NCBI GenBank assembly: GCA_904419785.1
Contig: CAJFSY010000001.1
Location: 263,078-327,077, forward strand
DNA: 64,000 nt
Origin: an uncultured Neglectibacter sp.
Lineage (GTDB): Bacteria; Bacillota; Clostridia; Oscillospirales; Acutalibacteraceae
Direction of reading: 5' to 3'
The translations under genes were made by a program, and so were the position numbers. Of the stretch, positions 17,963 through 26,428 are shown one piece after another (positions within the stretch are counted from its first letter, which is position 1; every line of letters begins with the position of its first letter). A model generated the notes under the pieces. That model was not told where the DNA came from and made no database searches. It was given only the letters and a program-made list of their open reading frames with translations.

Positions 17963-18844
17963 ATGGATTTTTCAGAGTTGCGCCCTGTGGAAGCAGGATG
18001 GTCTGGCGACAGGAAATATCACGCCTTTGGAAACGATGGGAAAGAGTATTTCCTTCGCATTTCCCCTTTGGAAAAGGAAAAACGGGTCAAACAGGCGTTT
18101 GCCGCCCAACAGCAAGCTCTGGATTTGGGAATCCCCGTGAGCAAGCCTTTGGGATGGGAAATCTCAGAGGAAGAAATCGCGGTATGGGAGGAATGGCTTC
18201 CTGGGCAGGATGCCGAACAGGTGCTCCCAACATTGTCCCTCTCCCAGCAGAATCGCTATGGACAAGATGCCGGACGGTACTTACGCATTCTCCACACATT
18301 GCCCGCCCCAGCAGATCAAGAGAACTGGGAAGCCCGCTTTAATGGGAAGATCGACCGCAAAATTGCCGCCTATCGTGCCTGTCCCCTTCAATATGAGAAT
18401 GGCGAGGCTTTTATCCAATATCTCAATTCACACCGCCACTTGCTGCGAAACAGGCCCCAATGCCTTCAGCACGGGGACTACCATGTGGGAAATATGATGT
18501 TTTGCCAGGATAAGCTCTACATTATCGACTTCGACCGCCCTGACGCCGGGGACCCCTGGGAGGAATTTAACCGCATTGTTTGGTGCGCACAACTTTCCCC
18601 GGCCTTTGCATCCGGCATGGTGCAGGGATATTTCACAGGAGAACCACCTTTGGAATTTTGGGAACTGCTGGCTCTCTATGTAGCTTGCAACACCCTCTCC
18701 TCCCTGCCTTGGGCTATTCCTTTCGGCGAAACAGAGATCAATACCATGCAGAACCAGGCTCGGGAAGTATTGGAATGGTACGACCACATGCGCAATCCCG
18801 TTCCTTCCTGGTACATCCATGTAAAGCACGAATCCTGCTCATAA
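17963..18844 (+). CDS. Aminoglycoside-phosphotransferase-family (APH / protein-kinase-like) enzyme
   Basis: HGDYHVGNMMF catalytic loop and IIDFDRPDAGDPWEEF (DFD) motif. Confidence 0.8.
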   Translation: MDFSELRPVEAGWSGDRKYHAFGNDGKEYFLRISPLEKEKRVKQAFAAQQQALDLGIPVSKPLGWEISEEEIAVWEEWLPGQDAEQVLPTLSLSQQNRYGQDAGRYLRILHTLPAPADQENWEARFNGKIDRKIAAYRACPLQYENGEAFIQYLNSHRHLLRNRPQCLQHGDYHVGNMMFCQDKLYIIDFDRPDAGDPWEEFNRIVWCAQLSPAFASGMVQGYFTGEPPLEFWELLALYVACNTLSSLPWAIPFGETEINTMQNQAREVLEWYDHMRNPVPSWYIHVKHESCS

Positions 18845-18897
18845 TGAAAACACTCTTAATCTGTTTGTTTTTTGGTAGATGAACTCACTTTTTAAAA

Positions 18898-18958
18898 ATC
18901 TCCTTTTGCTTTTGTGCAATGAACCACCTGCACTCTTTTAGCAAAAGGAGATTTTTTT
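18898..18958 (+). terminator. Terminator hairpin after the APH-family gene
   Basis: Outer stem atctccttttgct / agcaaaaggagat and inner stem gtgca / tgcac, followed by tttttt. Confidence 0.55.
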
Positions 18959-19081
18959 ATTATATTCTAAATTTTTTAATACACTTTACCGCTTTGCTTT
19001 TCCTTAATGTAAACCTAATTGTTTTACAGACTTTTTTATTCAAAAGGGTCGTGCAAATATTTTAAAATTATTAATAAATGT

Positions 19082-19110
19082 TTGAGAACTTCCGACAACT
19101 ATGCTATAAT
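19082..19110 (+). promoter_or_regulatory. Sigma-A promoter candidate for the two-component operon
   Basis: TTGAGA-N17-TATAAT with a TGc extended -10 element. Confidence 0.55.
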
Positions 19111-19218
19111 TTGGCAAAGTTCCTGTTAAGTATCTTTTTTGATCTACGATTTGCGGGAAAATTCTTTGGCATTTCTTCCCCATTTCTGTTTTACTCAGAG
19201 AAAGGAATGGTATTTTTC

Positions 19219-20502
19219 ATGGCCACAAAAACATTGTACACCGTGATCGTAGCCGATGATGAGGATGAATTGAGAGAAGCTGTATGCACGATGGTCCCCT
19301 GGCAGGAATATGGCTTTAAGCTTTTGGGTAGTGCCAGCAACGGATTGGACGCTTTACAGCTTGTGGAGCAATATGAACCCGACTTGCTCTTGACCGATAT
19401 TCGCATGCCGTTTATTTCGGGCATTGAACTGGCACGCCATGTGCGCGAAGTTCGTCCCGCTACCAATATCGCTTTCCTCAGCGGCTATGACGATTTTGAA
19501 TATGCCAAGCAAGCCATTCAATACAATATCATCAGCTATATGCTCAAGCCGCTCACCCTGGAAGGTATGGGCACAGAATTGCGCGCCATCCGTAAAAAGA
19601 TCGACGCCCAGTTCGCCATGTTCCGCCAAGCGGAATCTCAGGAAGAGAAACACGACTCGCGGGCCGCCATGCTTATGCCTTTAGTCCTCGATGAATACGC
19701 CGAACCTTGGGACGATTCTCAAGCAGAAGCATATGGCAGAGAATGCGGCCTCCTGCGGGACGCTCTTGACAAACCGTGCTACACAGTGATGGTGTCCACT
19801 TTGTTAGATAACGGGGACACGAATTGCACTACTCCGGCTTTTGTGGCCTCGGTAAATACACTGTCCGCAAAATATCTGCGGAGAGTGAGCTTTTTCGCGG
19901 GTGGGAAGGTCATTTCCGTGCTTTTGGGCAACCCTTCCGACTTTGATGAGTATCTCCACATTCTCGCCGATGAGATCCCCCAAATGGCGGAACGTATTTT
20001 AAGAAAGCGTTGCCGCATCGGCATAAGCCGGATGGTCCGCTCTCTCTCCGCATTACACAGTGCTTATAAGGAAGCCATGGAAGCTTTGCGCCAGGGAGAT
20101 TCTTCTGAAAGCTGCGTACAGTTCATCAACGATCTGGCTCCTGCGGCCAAAGGCGGGAACTCATTGTGTCAACGGGCTTTGGAATTGCTGGACCAACACT
20201 ATATGGAAGAAGATTTATCATTAGTATCGCTGAGCGGTTTGCTGGACGTGAGCCCCAACCATCTCAGCGCCTGTATCAAAAAGTATGCAGGCGAGACATT
20301 TATCAACATACTCATTCGCAAGCGGATGGAAGCAGCACGGGAACTGTTGACCAATTCCAACCTCAAAATTCAAGATATCTCCCAGCGCTGCGGCTATACG
20401 GATCAGCATTATTTCAGCTATTGCTTTAAAAAATACTGCGGGGAATCTCCCAACGCTATGCGCCGCCGTTTGGAAGCGGAGAAAGCGGGGGATCTCGGTT
20501 GA
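19219..20502 (+). CDS. Response regulator with an AraC-type HTH output (YesN-like)
   Basis: Receiver domain (VIVADDE...LLLTDIRMP...K) and a C-terminal AraC HTH (YTDQHYFSYCFKKYCGESP). Start set to MATKTLY at 19219. Confidence 0.85.
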   Translation: MATKTLYTVIVADDEDELREAVCTMVPWQEYGFKLLGSASNGLDALQLVEQYEPDLLLTDIRMPFISGIELARHVREVRPATNIAFLSGYDDFEYAKQAIQYNIISYMLKPLTLEGMGTELRAIRKKIDAQFAMFRQAESQEEKHDSRAAMLMPLVLDEYAEPWDDSQAEAYGRECGLLRDALDKPCYTVMVSTLLDNGDTNCTTPAFVASVNTLSAKYLRRVSFFAGGKVISVLLGNPSDFDEYLHILADEIPQMAERILRKRCRIGISRMVRSLSALHSAYKEAMEALRQGDSSESCVQFINDLAPAAKGGNSLCQRALELLDQHYMEEDLSLVSLSGLLDVSPNHLSACIKKYAGETFINILIRKRMEAARELLTNSNLKIQDISQRCGYTDQHYFSYCFKKYCGESPNAMRRRLEAEKAGDLG

Positions 20503-22214
20503 AAGAGAAAGTCGCCAGTACCGGTTTGCGCATAACCACAATTCTGGTAACTATGGTCGTAGGCGTGGTAGCCATTATTCTATGCTGTTTTATCATACTG
20601 TTCATGAACCGTTACTGGAACTCTATGGTACAAAGTGCGCGAACTACCAGTGCCCAGGCTGTTTCGCAAGTTTCCAACACGGTATCCGACTATCTTTTGG
20701 ACATGAATCAGGCTATGGAATTGGTAGAACAGTCCATGTCTGAAAATGATGTGAGCCGGGACGAACTGTTGGACGCTTTCTTGAAATTCCGTCCTGACGT
20801 GATCGCGGTAACAAGCTACTCTTCCCAAGGGGAACTGCTTCAATGCTGGTCCCCCGGCCATACTTTGCGAAAAGAAATCTTTCAAAATCTGTCTTTCAAT
20901 TTAGAAAAAGCAAAAACTTCCGGTTATTATATGTCCGCTCCCCATGTAGAAAGCATTTTTGAGGGATATTACCCCTGGGTGGTCACCATGACCGCTTCCC
21001 TGCCGCAAAACGGCGGAGCCCGTTGGGTTTCTTTGGATTTGAGTTTTTCCAGCATTTCCAGCTACATAAACAATGTGAGCATCGGCCAGCGGGGTTACTG
21101 TTTTTTAATGGACGGGGACGGAAACATCGTTTACCATCCGCAGCAACAGCTGCTCTATTCCGGCTTGAAATCTGAAGATACAGCCAGGCTGGCAAAAATG
21201 GCGGACGGCGCTTACGCGGATGATACTGTCATCTATTCTCTCACCAGCGTGGAAAGCAGCAACTGGCGTGTGGTGGGCGTCAGCTATGTGGACGAACTGG
21301 TGAATCGCAATGTGCTTGAGATGATACAGCTTTCTTTACTGCTGGCTGTGATCATCCTATTAACGGCGCTGCTTACAAGCTGGCTTCTGTCACGCCTGTT
21401 GGGACGCCCCCTACGGGCGCTGGCTTCTGCTATGGAAAGCTTTGAGGCTGACGCAGACCATTTTGAATACCATCCCGTGGGCGGCACCCGGGAGGTACAG
21501 GAACTCTCCTGCTCGTTCGGGCATATGGTCATGCGGATTCAACAGCTTATGACTACGGTACGTCAGGAAGAAGTGAATCTTCGCAAAACGGAACTGAAAG
21601 CATTACAAGCGCAGATCAATCCCCATTTTTTATATAACACCCTGGATTCCATCGCCTGGATGTGCGAACAGGGCCGCAACTCTGACGCTGTGAAGATGGT
21701 ACACGCTTTGGCCAGGCTGTTCCGCATCAGCATCAGCAAAGGGCATGAACTCATTCCTATCGCAAAAGAAATCGAGCACGCTGAAAGTTACTTGCAGATT
21801 CAAAAATACCGTTACAAAAACAGGTTTACCTACTCTTTTCATGTTGACCCCGATTGTTTGAAGTATCTCTGCAATAAAATCACTTTACAGCCAATCATCG
21901 AAAACGCCATCAATCATGGCCTGGATTTACTGGTGGATGAAGGCTGCATCGATGTATATGTATGCCAGGATGGAGATGACATCGTATTGCGTGTACAAGA
22001 TAACGGCGTAGGCATGAGCCAGAAGCAAATTGAATCGATCATGCAGCATGGGCCCAAAGACCGCACCGGCATCGGCATACGCAATGTCAACGACCGGCTG
22101 CAAATCTACTTTGGAAAAGAATATGGCCTGCATATCACAAGCAAGCTGGATGTGGGAACCTGCGTGGAAATAAGGATGCCAAAAATAGAGGAGGGAAATT
22201 ATGAAGCAAAGTAA
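20499..22214 (+). CDS. Sensor histidine kinase (YesM/LytS-type, His_kinase family)
   Basis: Two TM helices flank an extracytoplasmic domain, then a HAMP-like linker, the QINPHFLYNTLDSI H-box and a HATPase_c domain. Its start overlaps the RR stop. Confidence 0.85.
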   Translation: MKEKVASTGLRITTILVTMVVGVVAIILCCFIILFMNRYWNSMVQSARTTSAQAVSQVSNTVSDYLLDMNQAMELVEQSMSENDVSRDELLDAFLKFRPDVIAVTSYSSQGELLQCWSPGHTLRKEIFQNLSFNLEKAKTSGYYMSAPHVESIFEGYYPWVVTMTASLPQNGGARWVSLDLSFSSISSYINNVSIGQRGYCFLMDGDGNIVYHPQQQLLYSGLKSEDTARLAKMADGAYADDTVIYSLTSVESSNWRVVGVSYVDELVNRNVLEMIQLSLLLAVIILLTALLTSWLLSRLLGRPLRALASAMESFEADADHFEYHPVGGTREVQELSCSFGHMVMRIQQLMTTVRQEEVNLRKTELKALQAQINPHFLYNTLDSIAWMCEQGRNSDAVKMVHALARLFRISISKGHELIPIAKEIEHAESYLQIQKYRYKNRFTYSFHVDPDCLKYLCNKITLQPIIENAINHGLDLLVDEGCIDVYVCQDGDDIVLRVQDNGVGMSQKQIESIMQHGPKDRTGIGIRNVNDRLQIYFGKEYGLHITSKLDVGTCVEIRMPKIEEGNYEAK

Positions 22215-23166
22215 ATACGCTTTTCTCTGCTGTTTACTGGCATTTCTGCTGATGTGCAGTTGTGCCTCTTCTGCCAATACCCCTTCTCAACACACGGTAA
22301 CTTTAGTGGCAAAATCCACAGAAACAGAATTCTGGCTTTCGGTGTTCGCGGGCGCCGAGGCCGCCGCAACAGAATACAACTTGAATCTCAACATTATCGG
22401 CCCTGAAACAGAAGAGGACTACGAGACTCAAAACGAAATGGTACAGAGCGCTGTTGACGACGGGACGGAAGCTTTGGTATTCTCCGCCATCCACTATGAC
22501 AACAATGCGGCCGCCATAGATGCCGCAGCCCAAAGCGGCGTGAAGATCGTGGCCATCGACAGCAATGTGGATTCGGACGCTGTAAGCACATATATCGGCA
22601 CCGACAATTATGCCGCCGGACAAATGGCGGCGCAAGCCGCACTGGAACGTGTAGGCGGCAAACTAGAGGTGGGGATTATCAATTACGATATCAGCAGCGC
22701 TAATGGTCAAGAACGGGAACGAGGCGCGGTGGACACCTTTCAGAAGAGCGGACGCGCAGAGATAACTGCCGTTATCAACACGCTGGCAGAGGCCGGCCAT
22801 GCTCAGTCTGACACCGCCGATCTGCTGGAAAAATATCCGGAGATCAACGTGCTGTTGGCTTTTAACGAACCCACCAGTGTGGGCGCCGCCAACGCCATTA
22901 AGGAATTAGGTTATTCTGATTCTGTTTTTTTGGTAGGGTTCGATTCGAACGTAGCCACAGTAGACGGTCTGCAAAATGGTTCGGTAGACGCGCTGGTCGT
23001 ACAGAACCCCTATGCTATGGGATATCTCGGTGTAGAAAGTGCCTATAAATTATTGACAGGACAAGGCTCTTCTTTGGCTGAAACGGTGGATACTTCTACG
23101 CAAATTGTAGACCGTGAGAACCTTTTTTCCATTGACAGTCAAAAAGCACTCTTTGCCTTTGAATAA
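22201..23166 (+). CDS. Periplasmic-binding-protein-type sugar-binding lipoprotein, likely sensor partner of the kinase
   Basis: Lipoprotein signal (LLAFLLMCSC) and a Peripla_BP-like fold signature (VTLVAKSTETEFW..., VDALVVQNPYAMGY). It overlaps the kinase stop by 14 nt. No permease or ATPase is paired with it in that transcription unit. Confidence 0.75.
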   Translation: MKQSKYAFLCCLLAFLLMCSCASSANTPSQHTVTLVAKSTETEFWLSVFAGAEAAATEYNLNLNIIGPETEEDYETQNEMVQSAVDDGTEALVFSAIHYDNNAAAIDAAAQSGVKIVAIDSNVDSDAVSTYIGTDNYAAGQMAAQAALERVGGKLEVGIINYDISSANGQERERGAVDTFQKSGRAEITAVINTLAEAGHAQSDTADLLEKYPEINVLLAFNEPTSVGAANAIKELGYSDSVFLVGFDSNVATVDGLQNGSVDALVVQNPYAMGYLGVESAYKLLTGQGSSLAETVDTSTQIVDRENLFSIDSQKALFAFE

Positions 23167-23229
23167 CAGAAACCACAGCAATATGCACAAATACTTTCCT
23201 CTATATTTCGACATATTGTTTAGTCAGAA

Positions 23230-23292
23230 TGATTTTTTACCCTTTTTGCGGTGATTTTTCACCTTGTTTTTCCCCTAAAATTCCTTTACTAT
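23230..23292 (+). promoter_or_regulatory. Direct-repeat pair plus promoter candidate upstream of the mglB-like gene
   Basis: TGATTTTTTACCCTTTT (23230..23246) and TGATTTTTCACCTTGTTTT (23252..23270) lie 22 nt apart. The second abuts a TTGTTT-N17-TACTAT promoter (23264..23292). Confidence 0.4.
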
Positions 23293-23358
23293 TGAGACAG
23301 AAGGCGGGGCAAGTCGAAAACCCCTATCAAACAACTGACAAGATAAGGAGAAATTACT

Positions 23359-24702
23359 ATGAAGAAAGTTCTTGCATTAACCCTGGCCGCCACAATGGCG
23401 TTGGGAATGGCTGCTTGCAGTGTTTCCAACGCAAACAACCCTGGAACCCAGTCCTCTTCATCTTCAAAGACTTCTAGTGTTTCAGAAACTTCTCAAGCTT
23501 CTGAAACCTCAGAAACCGCTTCTACCAGCGACACTACCAATGTAGCCAACAAGGATAAGCCTTTGGTTTGGTTCAACCGTCAGCCCTCCAACAGCTCTAC
23601 CGGCGAGTTGGACATGAGCGCACTGAGCTTTAACGACAACACCTATTATGTGGGCTTTGATGCAAACCAGGGTGCTGAGCTTCAGGGCACTATGATTCTG
23701 GACTACATCAAGGCTAACGCAGACACCATCGACCGCAACGGTGACGGCATTATCGGTTACGTTCTGGCTATCGGCGACATCGGCCATAACGACTCCATCG
23801 CCCGTACCTGCGGCGTACGTAACGCTTTGGGCACTGCTGTGGAAACAAATGGTTCCATCAACAGCGAGCCTGTTGGCACCAACGCTGACGGCAAAGCTAC
23901 CGCTGTAAAAGACGGCACTCTGGAAGTGAACGGCAAAACCTACACCATCCGTGAGCTGGCCTCTCAGGAAATGAAGAACTCCGCCGGCGCCACTTGGGAT
24001 GCTGCTACCGCTGGCAACGCCATCGGCACTTGGGCTTCTTCCTTCGGTGACCAGATCGACGTGATCGCTTCCAACAACGACGGCATGGGCATGTCCATGT
24101 TCAACTCCTGGTCCAAGGAAAACAAGGTTCCCACTTTCGGCTATGATGCAAACGCCGACGCGGTTGCCGCTATTGCGGAAGGTTACGGCGGCACCATCAG
24201 CCAGCACGCTGACGTTCAGGCTTATTTGACCCTCCGTGTGCTGCGTAACTCTTTGGACGGCGTTGACATCGACACTGGTATCGGAACCGCTGACGAAGCC
24301 GGTAACGTATTGAGCGAAGATGTATACTACTACAATGAAGAGGAGCGTTCCTACTACGCTTTGAACGTTGCTGTTACCGCTGACAACTATGAAGAGTTTA
24401 TGGATTCCACCAAGGTTTATGAGCCTGTTTCCAATCAGCTGGATGAATCCACTCATGCTTCTAAGAAAGTTTGGCTGAACATTTACAACGCTGCTGATAA
24501 CTTCCTCAGCGCAACCTATCAGCCCCTGCTGCAAAAGTATGACGATCTGCTGAACCTGCAGGTTGAGTACATCGGCGGCGACGGCCAGACTGAGGCCAAC
24601 ATCACCAACCGTTTGTCCAACCCCAGCGACTATGACGCTTTCGCCTTCAACATGGTTAAGACCGATAACTCCGCTTCTTACACTGCTTTGCTGAACCAGT
24701 AA
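23359..24702 (+). CDS. mglB: Sugar ABC transporter substrate-binding lipoprotein (MglB-like)
   Basis: Lipobox LGMAAC and a Ser/Thr-rich linker, followed by a periplasmic sugar-binding fold. It is adjacent to mglA/mglC-like genes. The symbol rests on context and is tentative. Confidence 0.7.
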   Translation: MKKVLALTLAATMALGMAACSVSNANNPGTQSSSSSKTSSVSETSQASETSETASTSDTTNVANKDKPLVWFNRQPSNSSTGELDMSALSFNDNTYYVGFDANQGAELQGTMILDYIKANADTIDRNGDGIIGYVLAIGDIGHNDSIARTCGVRNALGTAVETNGSINSEPVGTNADGKATAVKDGTLEVNGKTYTIRELASQEMKNSAGATWDAATAGNAIGTWASSFGDQIDVIASNNDGMGMSMFNSWSKENKVPTFGYDANADAVAAIAEGYGGTISQHADVQAYLTLRVLRNSLDGVDIDTGIGTADEAGNVLSEDVYYYNEEERSYYALNVAVTADNYEEFMDSTKVYEPVSNQLDESTHASKKVWLNIYNAADNFLSATYQPLLQKYDDLLNLQVEYIGGDGQTEANITNRLSNPSDYDAFAFNMVKTDNSASYTALLNQ

Positions 24703-24759
24703 TCCATAGTGTAAAAACGAAACTTTTAAAATTCCCGTTCACTAATAAGTTATAGCTTG

Positions 24760-24836
24760 CTATTAGGGAGAAGGAATTCTCCGGTCAGGAGAAGAGTTTC
24801 CTGTTCGGCAGAAGGAATTCTCCCTATAGTATTTTT
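24760..24836 (+). promoter_or_regulatory. Intercistronic stem-loop / partial terminator between the SBP and ATPase genes
   Basis: Outer stem tagggagaa / ttctcccta encloses an inner hairpin tctcc-ggtca-ggaga and is followed by tattttt. It also contains a 14-nt direct repeat agaaggaattctcc (24769..24782 and 24810..24823). Confidence 0.45.
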
Positions 24837-24904
24837 CGCAGAAACCCTCGGCAGTCTCAGCAAATGGCTGAACCTGTCAATCTGTAATAACAGGAGTAAC
24901 TAGA

Positions 24905-26413
24905 ATGGCAGATACAAAAGACGATATCGTCCTCTCTATACGCGGTATGAGTAAGTCTTTTGGCCGGAACCGGGTACTTGACCACATCAATTTAGACGTA
25001 AAGCGCGGTACTGTCATGGGCCTGATGGGCGAAAACGGCGCGGGCAAGTCTACCATGATGAAATGTCTATTCGGTACTTACCAAAAAGACGAGGGAAGAA
25101 TTTATCTAAATGGCAAGGAAATCAGCTTCTCTGGACCAAAGGACGCTCTGGAAAATGGAATTGCCATGGTTCACCAAGAATTGAACCAATGCCTGGAACG
25201 GAATGTGATTGACAACCTGTTTTTAGGCCGTTACCCCGTCAACTCTATGGGCATGATCGATGAAAGCAGCATGAAGAAAAAAGCTTCTGAGCTGTTTCGT
25301 AAACTGGGCATCACTGTGAACCTTACCCAGCCTATGCGGAATATGTCCGTATCCCAACGCCAGATGTGTGAGATCGCCAAGGCAATCTCTTACAACTCCC
25401 AAGTCATCGTTCTGGACGAGCCCACCTCTTCCCTAACGGTTCAAGAAGTGGATAAGCTTTTTGAGATGATGCGGATGCTGAAAGAACAGGGCATCTCTTT
25501 GATCTACATCTCTCATAAAATGGATGAGATTTTTGAGATTTGCGATGAAATCTCTGTTCTGCGCGACGGCAAACTGGTTATGACCAAGAGTTCTCAGGAA
25601 ACCAATATGAACGAATTGATCAGCGCCATGGTGGGACGCTCTTTGGAAAGCCGCTTTCCCCCTGTTGACAACATTCCCGGCAAAACGATTTTGTCGGTTC
25701 AACACCTTTCCACTAAGTATGCTCCCCACCTGCAAGATGTCACCTTTGACGTAAAAGAAGGGGAGATCTTCGGTCTGTATGGTCTGGTTGGCGCCGGACG
25801 TACAGAATTGCTGGAAACCATCTTTGGCGTTCGTACCAGAGCAGCCGGCCGTGTTTATTTCCGAAACAAGCTGATGAACTTCAACAATCCAAAAGAAGCT
25901 ATGGACCACGGTTTTGCTATGATCACCGAGGAACGTAAAGCCAACGGCCTGTTTCTCAAGTGCGACCTGACCTTTAACACAACGATTGCCAGCTTGAGCC
26001 AGTATAAATCTGGTTTCGCGCTTTCCAATCCCAAGATGGTGAAAGCCACAAACAAAGAAATCAAAGTTATGCATACCAAATGCATGGGTCCTGATGACAT
26101 GATCTCAAGCCTTTCCGGCGGCAACCAGCAAAAAGTCATCTTTGGTAAGTGGCTGGAACGCGACCCACAGATTTTCATGATGGATGAACCCACCAGAGGC
26201 ATTGATGTTGGCGCTAAATACGAGATCTATGAACTGATTATCAATATGGCCAAGCAGGGAAAGACCATCATCGTGGTCTCCTCCGAAATGCCTGAGATCC
26301 TTGGTATCACCAATCGTATTGGCGTAATGTCCAATGGATATCTCTCCGGTATCGTGAACACCAAGGAGACCAATCAGGAAGAGCTTTTGAGACTCAGTGC
26401 TAAATATCTATAA
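24905..26413 (+). CDS. mglA: Sugar ABC transporter ATP-binding protein with duplicated ABC domains (MglA-like)
   Basis: 502 aa with two ABC cassettes (GENGAGKST / VLDEPTSSL and LSGGNQQK / MMDEPTRGID). Confidence 0.85.
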   Translation: MADTKDDIVLSIRGMSKSFGRNRVLDHINLDVKRGTVMGLMGENGAGKSTMMKCLFGTYQKDEGRIYLNGKEISFSGPKDALENGIAMVHQELNQCLERNVIDNLFLGRYPVNSMGMIDESSMKKKASELFRKLGITVNLTQPMRNMSVSQRQMCEIAKAISYNSQVIVLDEPTSSLTVQEVDKLFEMMRMLKEQGISLIYISHKMDEIFEICDEISVLRDGKLVMTKSSQETNMNELISAMVGRSLESRFPPVDNIPGKTILSVQHLSTKYAPHLQDVTFDVKEGEIFGLYGLVGAGRTELLETIFGVRTRAAGRVYFRNKLMNFNNPKEAMDHGFAMITEERKANGLFLKCDLTFNTTIASLSQYKSGFALSNPKMVKATNKEIKVMHTKCMGPDDMISSLSGGNQQKVIFGKWLERDPQIFMMDEPTRGIDVGAKYEIYELIINMAKQGKTIIVVSSEMPEILGITNRIGVMSNGYLSGIVNTKETNQEELLRLSAKYL

Positions 26414-26428
26414 TTGGGAGGAATCGCT

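Noticed and set aside
23509-24534. 341-aa ORF antisense to the mglB-like gene
   Set aside because: This is a shadow ORF. The sense strand has a lipoprotein signal, an SD and operon context.
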